Shown here: one piece after another, positions 31,640-41,287 of the stretch
Numbering within the stretch: position 1 is the first letter of the stretch
Layout: every line of letters starts with the position of its first letter
Assembly: GCA_963827885.1 (NCBI GenBank)
Contig: CAWHDD010000011.1
Coordinates: 44,184-108,183, forward strand
Origin: an uncultured Alphaproteobacteria bacterium
GTDB taxonomy: Bacteria; Pseudomonadota; Alphaproteobacteria; Rhizobiales; Rhodomicrobiaceae
Reading direction: 5' to 3'
DNA length: 64,000 nucleotides
Notes under the pieces: model-generated
Told to the model about the DNA's origin: nothing
Seen by the model: only the letters and a program-made list of their open reading frames with translations
Database searches by the model: none
Program-made: the position numbers and the translations under genes

Positions 31640-32206
31640 CTACAACTCACCGAGGATGCGCCCGTGATGCTGGTGCTTTAACGCCCTTAGCATCTCCCTG
31701 GCTGTTAACCTGAATATTGGATGACGCCAGGAAGGTGCGATTTGTGATAACGGCTCTAGCACGAACGGCCGTTTATGCAGTTCCGGGTGCGGTAGAATGA
31801 GCTGATGGCCCTGACGCGGAATGGCCTTGCCATTGTGGCGGTCCCAGTTGATAACGATGTCGTGATAGGTGAGAAGGTCGAGGTCCAAGGGTCTGGCGCC
31901 CCAGCGTTTTCCGAATTTCCGTTCGCGAACCCGCCGCCCTGCTTTTGCCTCGATATGTTTAAGTTTTAAGAGTAAGGTGAAAGCCGGTAGGGCGGTCTCC
32001 ACGAGCGCGGTTGCGTTGGTGTACGCAGGTTGGGACGGCCCGAGTGGTTCAGACACGAAGAGAGGCGAGAACGCCTTCGTAACCACCCGATTTTGCTCAA
32101 ATAATTCGTGAACACGGCCTAGTGTGGCTTCGGGGGCGCCCCATGTGCCGCCGATATTTGCGCCCAGTCCGATGAGAATCATGATTTCAAGACACCGTGA
32201 AAGCAA
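31640..32206 (-). CDS. folK: 2-amino-4-hydroxy-6-hydroxymethyldihydropteridine diphosphokinase
   Basis: HPPK motifs are present: ILIGLGANIG, RWGARPLDLDLL, LILPHPELHKRPFVLEPL. The start may instead be the Met at 32182. Confidence 0.85.
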   Translation of the reverse strand: MLSRCLEIMILIGLGANIGGTWGAPEATLGRVHELFEQNRVVTKAFSPLFVSEPLGPSQPAYTNATALVETALPAFTLLLKLKHIEAKAGRRVRERKFGKRWGARPLDLDLLTYHDIVINWDRHNGKAIPRQGHQLILPHPELHKRPFVLEPLSQIAPSWRHPIFRLTAREMLRALKHQHHGRILGEL

Positions 32207-32320
32207 TTGACAGATTGATGATGGTAACCCATATGCAACAACTCAATAAAACAGGTAATGCGTCTTGTTTTTGACGAAAATGAAATATAGTTGAAGATAT
32301 GACGCAATGAGGACAAGCTG

Positions 32321-32935
32321 ATGAATTTTTATCCGACAGAACGTATTGCTCTTTTTATCGATGGAGCGAATCTTTACGCTACCGCCAAGGCTCTGGGCTT
32401 CGATATTGACTACAAACGGCTTTTGGTGCTGTTCCGCAAGAAGGGACAGCTCATTCGCGCGCTGTACTACACGGCGCTGGCTGAGGATCAGGAGTACTCG
32501 TCCATCCGGCCGTTGATCGATTGGCTGGACTATAACGGGTATACCATGGTGACGAAACCCACCAAGGAATTTACCGACGCGTCGGGGCGGCGCAAGATTA
32601 AAGGCAACATGGACATCGAATTGGCGGTCGATTCCATGGAGCTGGCCGAGCATCTCGATCATATCGTGCTGTTCTCCGGTGATGGTGATTTCCGTACCTT
32701 GGTGGAGGCATTGCAGCATAAAGGCAAGCGCGTCAGCGTGGTGTCTACGCTCAATACACAGCCGCCGATGGTTGCGGACGAATTGCGCCGCCAGGCCGAT
32801 CAGTTCATCGACATCTCCGATTTGGTGCCGGAAATCTGCCGTGAAGGCGCGGCGGAGCGGCCGTTGCGCGAGTTGCCCAATCGCCTGCCGCCGCGTGAGC
32901 CGCACCATGACGATGACGAGTTCCTGAATATCTAG
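32321..32935 (+). CDS. NYN/LabA-like domain protein
   Basis: 204-aa ORF with the LabA-like NYN nuclease fold signature: RIALFIDGANLY, KGNMDIELAVD, IVLFSGDGDFRTLVEALQHKGKRV. Confidence 0.85.
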   Translation: MNFYPTERIALFIDGANLYATAKALGFDIDYKRLLVLFRKKGQLIRALYYTALAEDQEYSSIRPLIDWLDYNGYTMVTKPTKEFTDASGRRKIKGNMDIELAVDSMELAEHLDHIVLFSGDGDFRTLVEALQHKGKRVSVVSTLNTQPPMVADELRRQADQFIDISDLVPEICREGAAERPLRELPNRLPPREPHHDDDEFLNI

Positions 32936-32939
32936 CCGC

Positions 32940-33623
32940 ATGGCTGGCGCCCGTCTCGATTCGACTGAGATCACCTCGCCGGAAGCGCCGCTCGATTGTG
33001 AGCGGTGTATCCGGCTGAGGGCGTATTGCGTGGAAAATGCGCGGCGTTTTCCCGATTGGTTTAATGCGCCCGTGCCGTCGTTCGGCGAAGCGGGGGCGCG
33101 GCTGCTGGTCGTTGGTCTCGCACCAGGACTCAAGGGAGCCAACCGGACCGGGCGGCCCTTTACCGGCGATTACGCAGGTGATTTGCTTTATAAAACGCTG
33201 TCGAATTTTGGCTGGGGCGTGGGTGCGTATCAGGCGCGCGCCGATGATGGATACACCTTGGCAGGGGCGATGATCACTAACGCGGTACGGTGTGTGCCGC
33301 CGGAGAACAAGCCCACCCCTGCGGAAGCCAGCAACTGCCTCGGCTTCCTGACGGCGCGCATCAAGGCGATGCCGAATCTCAAGATAACGCTCGCGCTGGG
33401 CCGCCTTGCACATGACAGCGTGCTGCGGGCACTGGGTCTGCGGGTGTCGCGATTTCCGTTTGCGCATCGCGCCGCGCATGATGTAGGGGGCGGTGTAACG
33501 CTGATCGATTCTTACCATTGTTCACGCTATAATACGAACACCGGCAGACTTACCGAGGAGATGTTTTTCGCCGTGTTCAGCGATATTGCGGCGCTGACCA
33601 AAGCGGAGAAGATCTGCGATTGA
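32940..33623 (+). CDS. uracil-DNA glycosylase superfamily protein, family 5 (UDGb)-like
   Basis: 227-aa ORF. GLAPGLKGANRTGRPFTGDYAGDLL matches the family-5 motif A (GLAPxxxGxNRTGRxFTGD). The distal HCSRYNTNTG is motif B. Confidence 0.8.
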   Translation: MAGARLDSTEITSPEAPLDCERCIRLRAYCVENARRFPDWFNAPVPSFGEAGARLLVVGLAPGLKGANRTGRPFTGDYAGDLLYKTLSNFGWGVGAYQARADDGYTLAGAMITNAVRCVPPENKPTPAEASNCLGFLTARIKAMPNLKITLALGRLAHDSVLRALGLRVSRFPFAHRAAHDVGGGVTLIDSYHCSRYNTNTGRLTEEMFFAVFSDIAALTKAEKICD

Positions 33624-33638
33624 CCTGAGAAACGCGGA

Positions 33639-33890
33639 TCAGCGTTGATCATAAACGGCAACCGTGCGGAAGGGCTCAAGATCCGCATTGAACGGGCGCG
33701 GCTCCCACGACGGAGCGGCCGGGGCGGCAGTGATTTCCATGCGCCCATTGCGGGAAGCCTGCGGAGTCAGCGTCTGCTCCAGGCTCGCTAAGCTGGATTC
33801 CACCGTCACGCGGAAAAATGCTGGGCTGAAGCGGCTCTCAGCTGCAATCCAGAACACCAATATGGCTACGATAAAAAACCTTATACGCAT
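33639..33890 (-). CDS. hypothetical small exported/membrane protein
   Basis: 83 codons from the internal Met of ORF 33639-33989: MRIRFFIVAILVFWIAAESRF... It has a hydrophobic N-terminus. No family recognised and coding support is weak. Confidence 0.3.
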   Translation of the reverse strand: MRIRFFIVAILVFWIAAESRFSPAFFRVTVESSLASLEQTLTPQASRNGRMEITAAPAAPSWEPRPFNADLEPFRTVAVYDQR

Positions 33891-34397
33891 AATATTCCCC
33901 GCGACGCCGGGAGGCGTGACTTCAAGTTGATATGTGGGTGGGTTCATCCGGCGCCGTCTGCCGGCGTGAAAAGCAGAATGCACGAGCATTGTTAAGGACT
34001 CGTTGCCGGCGAGTATATTCGCAGCTATTTTTGGGAAATTTTTTGAGAGGAAATGACACTGGGAACGCTACCGTTAAAACAGGTGCCGGATCCCATTGGG
34101 GGTGGGATCCGGCCAGGGCACTAAAGAGGGAGAGGACCAAACGGGGGACGCCATTGTGGGAGGAAATGACGTGCCAAGTTATAGTCCTTTACGCAAACGC
34201 CTGCAGGATCGTGGGAGGGCGTGTTGCGAGGGCGGGCTTTAGCAAGCCTACCCCTTCAGGGACGCCGCTTGAGAGCTGCAAGCAAACCACTAAATCTTTC
34301 TTATCTGTGGTTCGGAGTTACACTTACTACGAGCAGAAGCTTCACGCAACAACTATAAGTGGCGATACGTGAGATATCTTGAGGGAGCCGGCGCGTC

Positions 34398-34910
34398 ATG
34401 ATTGCCGCTGCTGATGTTGCATACCGGTCCCGCGGGGCGGTCGTCGCATGTGTGCTTTTCCAGCACTGGATGGATCATGCGGCTGCCGTTGAGACCACAT
34501 GCGAAGTCTCGGACGCCGAGCCCTATGAGCCCGGCCAATTTTTCCGCCGCGAGCTGCCTTGCATCCTGGCTGTGCTGCGAAAGCTTGAACAACTGCCGGG
34601 GATTATTGTTATCGACGGTTACGTCTGGCTGGCGGACGAGAGCGAGCCTGGCCTTGGCGGTCATTTATATGCGGCGCTTGAGCAAAGGGTTGCGGTGATC
34701 GGGGTGGCGAAAACCCGATTCCGCCACGCGGGCGCAGCCGTGGAGATCACCAGGGGAGAAAGCGGCACACCACTTTATATATCCGCGGCCGGCATGCCGC
34801 TGGCGGAAGCTGCGGCTAATATACAAAACATGCACGGCCGTTTTCGTATCCCCACGCTCCTCCGCCGGGTGGACCAGCTTTGCCGCGGGCTTGCATCTCC
34901 GCAGCCGTAA
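34398..34910 (+). CDS. nfi: endonuclease V family protein (short form)
   Basis: 170-aa ORF that aligns by eye to E. coli Nfi core blocks: IAAADVAY (IAGADVGF), PYEPGQFFRRELP (PYIPGFLSFREYP), IIVIDGY (LVFVDGH), VIGVAKTRF (TIGVAKKRL), FRIPTLLRRVD (YRLPEPTRWAD). The first ~30 residues of Nfi are absent. Confidence 0.7.
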   Translation: MIAAADVAYRSRGAVVACVLFQHWMDHAAAVETTCEVSDAEPYEPGQFFRRELPCILAVLRKLEQLPGIIVIDGYVWLADESEPGLGGHLYAALEQRVAVIGVAKTRFRHAGAAVEITRGESGTPLYISAAGMPLAEAAANIQNMHGRFRIPTLLRRVDQLCRGLASPQP

Positions 34911-34952
34911 TCCGCCCTTGGAAACCGCGCCGGGGCGGGCCATAAAGATGCC

Positions 34953-36964
34953 ATGCAGCAGGACGATCCCAACAATTCCAGCACTGGCCCGGAGGGTGAG
35001 GCGGCGGAGAACGCCGTCACCGGCCCGGAGGTCATTGCGCGCTATCTCAAGCACCTGGGCAGCGGCCCCGGCGTCTACCGCATGATGGATAAGGCCGGCG
35101 AGGTGATCTATGTCGGCAAGGCGCGCAATCTCAAGAACCGCGTGCAGAATTACGCGCGGCTCACCGGCCATACCAACCGCATCGCCGCGATGATCGGCTC
35201 GACGGCGTCGATGGAGTTCGTCACCACCGCGACCGAGGCCGAGGCGCTGCTGCTCGAAGCCAACCTCATCAAGCGCTTCAAGCCGCGTTACAACGTGCTG
35301 ATGCGCGACGACAAGTCGTTTCCCTACATCCTCATCGCGCGCGACACACGGCAGCGCCGCAGATCATCAAGCATCGCGGCGCGCGCGACGGTCAAGGGCG
35401 ACTATTTCGGCCCGTTCGCGTCGGCGGGCGCCGTCAACCGCACGATCAACATGCTGCAGCGCGCGTTTCTGCTGCGCATCTGCTCGGACAGCGTTTACGA
35501 AAGCCGCACGCGGCCGTGCCTGCTGCATCAGATCAAGCGCTGCTCGGCGCCGTGCACGGGCGAGATCTCGCTCGAGGACTACGGCAAGCTCGTGGACGAG
35601 GCCGATGCGCTTCCTCGAAGGGCAAGACCGACGCTGTGCAGAAGAAGCTCAACGCAGCTGATGGCGGAGGCGAGCGAGGCGCTCGAATTCGAGCGCGCCG
35701 CGGAATACCGCAACCGGCTGTGGGCGCTGGCGCACGTTCAGGCCGCACAGGGCATCAATCCCGCGCGGCGTCGAGGAGGCGGACGTGTTCGCCGCCCATC
35801 AGGAAGGCGGGCAGACCTGCATCCAGGTGTTCTTCTTCCGCAACGGCCAGAACTGGGGCAACCGCGCCTATTTCCCGCGCGCCGACAGCAGCGTCGAGCG
35901 TCGAGGAGGTGCTCGAGCGCCTTCATCGCGCAGTTCTACGACGACAAGCCGGTGCCGCGCAGCATTCTGCTGTCCCACGAGGTGCCCGAGCGCGAGCTGC
36001 TGGCGGAGGCGCTGTCGCATCAAGGCCGAGCGCAAGGTGGAGATCCGCGTGCCGCAGCGCGGCGAGAAGCGCGGCGCTGGTCGAGCACGCGCTGACGAAC
36101 GCCAGCGAGGCGCTGGGCCGCAAGCTGGCGGAGGCGTCCAGTCGCAGGCGCAAGCTGCTGGAGGGCGTGGCGGACGGTGTTCGGGCTGGAGCGGACGCCG
36201 CGGCGCATCGAGGTGTACGACAACAGCCACATTCAGGGCACCAACGCGGTCGGCGCCATGATCGTCGCCGGGCCGGAGGGCTTCGTGAAGAACCAGTACC
36301 GCAAGTTCAACATCAAGTCCGTAGACACTGACGCCCGGCGACGACTTCGCCATGATGCGCGAGGTGCTGACGCGGCGGTTCAAGCGGCTGGTGAAGGAGA
36401 AGGCGGCGGCAGAGGCTGCTGCGCAGGCGAGGACACGTTTGCCGCGCCGGGGATGGCAGAATGCGGACGGCGACGATGCGGATGCACCCAGCCGGGGTAT
36501 TGCATCCACATGGGCGCGCGATCTCGTCTGTCGACGGCGGCGCGGGCCAGCTCGCCGCCGCGCACGAGGTGCTGGACGACCTCGGCCTGACCGACATGCC
36601 GCTGATCGGCATCGCCAAGGGCCCGGACCGCAACGCCGGCCGCGAGCACTTCTTCATGCCGGGCCGCCGCCGTTCATGCTGCGAGCCGCGCGATCCGGTG
36701 CTCTACTTCGTGCAGCGCCTGCGCGACGAGGCGCACCGCTTCGCCATCGGCACGCACCGCGCCAAGCGCGCCAAGGCCATGGGCGCCAATCCGCTCGACG
36801 AGATCGCCGGCATCGGCCCGTCGCGCAAGCGCGCGCTGCTGAAGCATTTCGGCTCGGCGAAGGCGGTGAGCCGCGCGCGGGCTGACGGATCTGCAGGCCG
36901 TCGCGGCATCAGCGCGGCGATGGCGCAGCAGATTTACGATTTTTTCCACGAGCGGCGGGGGTGA
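34953..36964 (+). pseudogene. uvrC: excinuclease ABC subunit C, many frameshifts between about 35.34 and 36.90 kb
   Basis: The N-terminal GIY-YIG domain is intact: PGVYRMMDKAGEVIYVGKARNLKNRVQNY. The rest is recoverable from three frames: [164 protein letters not shown]. Confidence 0.9.
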
Positions 36965-37397
36965 GGCGGCGCTTTTTGCAATGATAGCAATTTAGCCCTG
37001 AAGTCACTTTGGCACAAGGATTTGCCGACCGGCTGCTTAACGGATCGTGAACACGGGCGCGGTTTGGTTAACGCCGCCGCGTCCCAGGCCGGCCGATCCC
37101 TCCCGTAACAGCGTCACAAAACTTTCATCTCCAAGAAGCTCTTGCAAAGTCACAATCGCTCGGCTTTATAGCTGTGGCAGGATGGGACGGTGCGCCCGCT
37201 TGCGACTTGAATAAGCTTGAATGTTGTGGTCCGCCTTCAATGGATGCTGACATCCGCCGCGAAGGCAGCCAGCAGCAGGTGTTTGTTCCCCGGCCCGGTC
37301 TTTTCGGACATTGGTCTGGCGTTTGTATCGACAGCGAATATCTGGATCGTGCCGCCAGGGATCAGAAACGGGCGCGTCAAACTTTAGGAAGAACGGG

Positions 37398-38297
37398 ATG
37401 ATCATACCCTCGCCGCGCAGAATATGCCGCAACCTGGCCACGGCCGCCTGGGCCGGCCTTTCCGTGTTTGCCTTATGCCAGGCCGATTTCGCGCGCGAGA
37501 GCGCATACGCCCAGGGCACGTCGCAAGTTGGCAAGACGACACCGGCCCCGGCTCCGGCGCAACCCGCGCCCGCGGCTGCACAGCCTGCGCCTGCGGCACC
37601 GGCTGCTGCGCCTGCCGCCGTGCCTGCCGCCGCACAGCCCGCCGCGCAGCCAGCGACTCCCGCCGCCGCGCCCGTGAAACCCGCCAGCCCTGTCGGCGCC
37701 GGCGCTGCCTGGGAAACCAAGACCCAGCCCGCCAATCAGGCGCCAAGCCTGACGGACGGTAAATCCGTCACCCTGGTTCAGCAGGTCAACGACTACTTTA
37801 ACAAGATGGCCGCCTTGCAGGGCAACTTCGTTCAGACCGACCCGGACAACAAGGAAAAGAAGGGCAAGTTCTACTTCTCCCGCCCTGGTAAGATCCGCTT
37901 CGATTATGCCTCGCCCAGCCGCCAGAAGATCGTTTCCGACGGCAAATATCTGGCTGTCGAGGATCGCGACCTGAACACGTCCGACCGCTATCCGCTGGAG
38001 AGCACGCCGTTCCGCCTGCTGCTGCTGCCGAACGTCGATTTTCTGCGCGACGCGAACATTCTCGGCGTCGATGAGGGGCCGGATGTGCTGGTCCTGACGG
38101 TGGAGGACAAAACCTCGGATACGGCCGGCCGCATCCGCTTGTTCTTCACCTATCCCAGCTTGCAGTTGAAGGAGTGGATCATCACCGATCCGCAGGGCGC
38201 GAACACCCGCGTGGAGCTGAAAGACGCCGAAACGAACAAGCCGGTTCCCGACGATATGTTCAAATTTGCGGATTTCGCGATGCCGAATTTGCGCTAG
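37398..38297 (+). CDS. LolA-like (outer-membrane lipoprotein carrier fold) periplasmic protein with Ala/Pro-rich linker
   Basis: The start at 37398 has an AGGAAG RBS. The signal peptide is followed by about 60 aa of PAPAAAQPA-type low complexity, then a LolA-like domain: VNDYFNKMAALQGNFVQTDPDNKEKKGKFYFSRPGKIRFDY...LKEWIITDPQGANTRVEL. Confidence 0.65.
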   Translation: MIIPSPRRICRNLATAAWAGLSVFALCQADFARESAYAQGTSQVGKTTPAPAPAQPAPAAAQPAPAAPAAAPAAVPAAAQPAAQPATPAAAPVKPASPVGAGAAWETKTQPANQAPSLTDGKSVTLVQQVNDYFNKMAALQGNFVQTDPDNKEKKGKFYFSRPGKIRFDYASPSRQKIVSDGKYLAVEDRDLNTSDRYPLESTPFRLLLLPNVDFLRDANILGVDEGPDVLVLTVEDKTSDTAGRIRLFFTYPSLQLKEWIITDPQGANTRVELKDAETNKPVPDDMFKFADFAMPNLR

Positions 38298-38440
38298 CTG
38301 GTTGACCTTAGGCGCCAACCGCGGCGCCCAAGGTATTCCCGGAGCGAGCGAATTACAAATTCGTGAGGCGAAACTGCCACAGTCAAGTGAGCTTACACTT
38401 TTATTTGCATTTGCCGTTTGATGTGTGGTAGATTTGTTTA

Positions 38441-38584
38441 TGTACTAGGAAGCGATGCGCGTCAGTCATCGTCGGTTGTGCCCCCCGTCTAGCCGAACGA
38501 CGCGCTAGCATGCACCGGCTCCCTCCCGGTGTAACCGCGTGTACAGTAGAGCGCCCAACCTTCGCCGGGGTTGGGCGCTTTTTT
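38441..38584 (+). ncRNA. candidate trans-acting sRNA (orphan promoter + 3 stem-loops + intrinsic terminator)
   Basis: Sigma70-like TTGCAT (38405-38410), an 18-nt spacer, then TAGATT (38429-38434). Hairpin 1 is 38457-38505 (GCGCGTC/GACGCGC plus an inner CGTCGG/CCGA(A)CG stem) with the C6-containing loop UUGUGCCCCCCGUCUAG. Hairpin 2 is 38513-38531 (CACCGG/CCGGTG) with loop CUCCCUC. A terminator follows at 38551-38584. There is no credible ORF. The element lies about 150 nt downstream of the LolA-like stop. Confidence 0.45.
38551..38584 (+). terminator. intrinsic terminator
   Basis: Perfect 10-bp GC-rich stem GCGCCCAACC/GGTTGGGCGC with an 8-nt loop, followed by T6 (38579-38584). Confidence 0.85.
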
Positions 38585-38645
38585 CATGATTTTCGCATTT
38601 TGAAGCCGCAATAGCTCAACCCGTCCGTTCCTCCGCAGGTATTTG

Positions 38646-39456
38646 ATGAAATTCCGTATCGCCACATGGAATATCAATTCCGCCCGTTTACGCCTGCCCC
38701 TCATCCAGCAATTCGCCGCGGAATTCTCGCCCGACATCCTCTGCCTCCAGGAAATCAAATGCCGGGAAGAGCTGTTCCCGCGCGAGGCGCTGGCTGAAAG
38801 CGGCTTCCCCCACATGGAGATCAACGGCCAGCCCGGCTACCACGGCGTCGCCACGCTGTCGCGCTGGCCCTTGCGGCGGCTTGGGTCGGAGAACTTCTGC
38901 GGCACCGGCGAGGCACGCCATGTTGCGGTCGCCGTGGAGGCCGGGCGGCACCGCGCCGTTGACCGTGCATAATTTCTACGTGCCGTCCGGCGGCGACATT
39001 GCCGACCCGGATGAGAACCCGAAGTTCCGCCAGAAACTGAAATATCTCGATGCCCTGGCGGCGTGGTTCGCGGCCGCGCAGAACCAGGACGAGCGCATGC
39101 TGCTGGCCGGCGACCTGAACGTGGCGCCGCTGGAAAACGACGTCTGGTCTCACAAGCAGTTGCTGAAGGTCGTCAGTCACACGCCCGTGGAGGTGGAGCG
39201 GCTGTTGCGCGTGCAGGCGTCATGCGGGTGGGTTGATTCGGTGCGGCAGCATTTCCCGCCCGATCAGAAGGTGTACACCTGGTGGAGCTATCGTGCGCAG
39301 GATTGGCGGACGTCGAACCGCGGGCGCCGGCTTGATCACATCTGGTCAACGCCGGACGTCGCCAGCACCATGACCGGCATCAGGATCGCCGACGTCACGC
39401 GCGACTGGCCGCAGTCATCGGACCACGTGCCGGTGATCGCGGACTTTGATCTTTAA
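38646..39456 (+). pseudogene. xthA: exodeoxyribonuclease III, single frameshift near 38940
   Basis: MKFRIATWNINSARLRLPLI...DILCLQEIK...GYHGVATLSR lies in the frame of ORF 38643-38972. TAPLTVHNFYVPSGGD...LAGDLNVAP...YTWWSYRAQDWRTSNRGRRLDHIW...SDHVPVIADF lies in the frame of ORF 38881-39456. Confidence 0.85.
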
Positions 39457-39505
39457 GGGATGCTGATTGCCTCGATGTTTTCGCTGGCTGACATCGAATG
39501 TGTGG

Positions 39506-39570
39506 CCCCACTCTCACCCGGCGCTATGCGCCACCCTCTCCCATCGAGGGAGAGGGACAGGGTGAGGGGG
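39506..39570. repeat. REP-like nested palindrome (CCCTCACCC...CCTCTCCC-N-GGGAGAGG...GGGTGAGGG)
   Basis: The inner stem is CCCTCTCCC / GGGAGAGGG and the outer arms are CTCTCACCC / GGGTGAGGGGG. The same motif set recurs at 51392-51505. Confidence 0.75.
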
Positions 39571-39613
39571 TTATTGTGCAGACAGCAGAAATATCAGGAT
39601 AATCAGGGATTTA

Positions 39614-40096
39614 TCAGCCAGCGGCGGCCTGGAGCGACGCCTCGATAGCGGCGACCTGCGCGTCCACGGCCATCAGCTCGTTGGCCAGATCCTGCAAGCG
39701 CTGCATCAGCTTGTCGGAAAAATGCTGCGCCATGGTGGGGTCCGCCTCCAGCACCGTCAGCAGTGCCGCGCGCGTGATTTCCAGCGCCCGCACCCGCTCG
39801 ACCGCCACGACGGTCATGGTGTGGACCATCTCCACCAGCATCCCCAGCTCCCCCAGGAGCGAACCGGGCAGCAGAGTTTCCGTCAGCTCGGCGCCGGGCT
39901 CGCCAGTCTTGCTTTCAGCTTTGCCGCTCAGCAGGATGTAGGCGGCCTCGCCGGTTTTGTCCGCCTCAAGGATGTTCTGCCCTTCGGTGAAGAAGGTCTT
40001 TTTGCCGATCGACAGGATCGCGGTGAGCTGCAAATGGGACAATCCGTTGAAGATCGGGATTTGCTCTAACATTTCAACGGTTGAGTCGAGCGACAT
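39614..40096 (-). CDS. stand-alone cyclic-nucleotide-binding domain protein
   Basis: IPIFNGLSHLQLTAIL...FFTEGQNILEADKTGEAAYILLSGKA...GSLLGELGML is a cNMP-binding (CAP effector) domain. It is followed by a coiled tail and has no HTH. An alternative start lies at 40108. Confidence 0.75.
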   Translation of the reverse strand: MSLDSTVEMLEQIPIFNGLSHLQLTAILSIGKKTFFTEGQNILEADKTGEAAYILLSGKAESKTGEPGAELTETLLPGSLLGELGMLVEMVHTMTVVAVERVRALEITRAALLTVLEADPTMAQHFSDKLMQRLQDLANELMAVDAQVAAIEASLQAAAG

Positions 40097-40375
40097 GATC
40101 AGCCCCATATTGGTGAAATTTCCAACGCGAAACTAAACAGGTACACATAAAACTTCCCGCCGAGCGTCCACGGCTTCCTGGTCCGCGACAGGTTTCCAAT
40201 CACCCTGGCGGCTCCAGAGACGGCATTGTGAGATAAGTCGCCGGATTGCCGCAAGTGTGGCTCAACGGCAATTGGGTGGGAAATGCCGGCAGGAGTGAAC
40301 CTGTTGCATTTTAGCGATATGCCGGATTATGCGATGCGGTTTGGCCGGAAGCCCCTCCGCATCGCCTGATCTGCG

Positions 40376-41287
40376 TCAACCCGCATGGGGCAGGAACCGC
40401 TTTCCCTCCGCCACTAGGAATTGCCACATGGCCTCGCTGGCCGGCATCAGCCGTTTGTCGGCGCGGCGCACCACGAACCATTGCCGCTGCAATGGCAACC
40501 CCTTCACGTTGAGGGCAATCAGCCGCCCGTCCGCGATTTCCGCCGCCACCGTGTGCGCCGAGATAAACGCGACCCCCAGCCCCGCGATCACCGCCTGCTT
40601 GATGGTTTCGTTGGAGCCGATCTCCATGCCGATGGAGGGATTGACGCGCTCCTCGGCGAAGAACCGCTCCATCAGCACGCGCGTGCCGGAACCGTTCTCG
40701 CGCACCAGGAATATTTCGTTCGCCAGTTCCGAGGGAGGCAAGCCGGTCCGTCCCGCCAAACGATGGTCCGGGGGCGCGATGACGATATGCGGATGCTCGC
40801 CGATGGTCTCGCTCTCGACCTCCAGTTCATCCGGCGGCCGTCCCATGATGGCGACATCCACCGCGAACGCCTGAAGCGATTTGATCGCCTCGCCGCGATT
40901 GCCCACCACCAGCCGCACCTCGATCTTGGGGTGATTCTTCTGAAACGCCGCCAGCGCCTGCGGGGCGAAATATTTCGCCGTACTCACCACGCCGACCGAA
41001 ACCTTGCCGCCCCGCAGCCCCTTCAGCACGGCCAGCTCCTGCGCGCAGTCGGTCAGCGCGGCGTCGATGAGCTGGGCCGCCAGCATGACCTTGCCGCCCG
41101 CAGGGGTGATCACCGGCCCGTCGGAGGCGCGCTCGAAAAGCGGCATGCCGATGATCTGCTCCAGCAGTTGCATCTGTATAGTTATGGCGGGCGGCGTAAC
41201 GTTCAGCTCCCGAGCCGCACCAGTCATCGACCCGGTCTTCATGACCGCGGTCAGTGCCCGGAGCTGCTTCAATGTGACACTTCTCAT
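40376..41287 (-). CDS. cbbR: LysR-family transcriptional activator of the cbb operon
   Basis: 303-aa intact ORF with the N-terminal wHTH (LKQLRALTAVMKTGSMTGAARELNVTPPAITIQMQLLE). It is divergent from cbbF, the classic cbbR position. Confidence 0.9.
   Translation of the reverse strand: MRSVTLKQLRALTAVMKTGSMTGAARELNVTPPAITIQMQLLEQIIGMPLFERASDGPVITPAGGKVMLAAQLIDAALTDCAQELAVLKGLRGGKVSVGVVSTAKYFAPQALAAFQKNHPKIEVRLVVGNRGEAIKSLQAFAVDVAIMGRPPDELEVESETIGEHPHIVIAPPDHRLAGRTGLPPSELANEIFLVRENGSGTRVLMERFFAEERVNPSIGMEIGSNETIKQAVIAGLGVAFISAHTVAAEIADGRLIALNVKGLPLQRQWFVVRRADKRLMPASEAMWQFLVAEGKRFLPHAG

Noticed and set aside
31271-31681. 136-aa ORF between the pnt operon and folK.
   Set aside because: It overlaps the folK 3' end, has a mixed GC-rich then AT-rich composition, and shows no motifs. 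It is likely promoter or terminator DNA of the flanking convergent and divergent genes.
33932-34372. 146-aa plus-strand ORF in the 507-bp spacer before the EndoV-like gene.
   Set aside because: It has atypical composition, no RBS, no family resemblance and low GC3 compared with real genes. The region is better explained as non-coding (see the sRNA/leader finding).
34070-34397. The possibility that the structured spacer is a housekeeping RNA (two-piece tmRNA, 6S, SRP or RNase P RNA).
   Set aside because: It has no ANDN...-type tag reading frame followed by a stop, no SRP domain-IV motif and no 6S-like long imperfect duplex that I could recognise. The question is left as unassigned.
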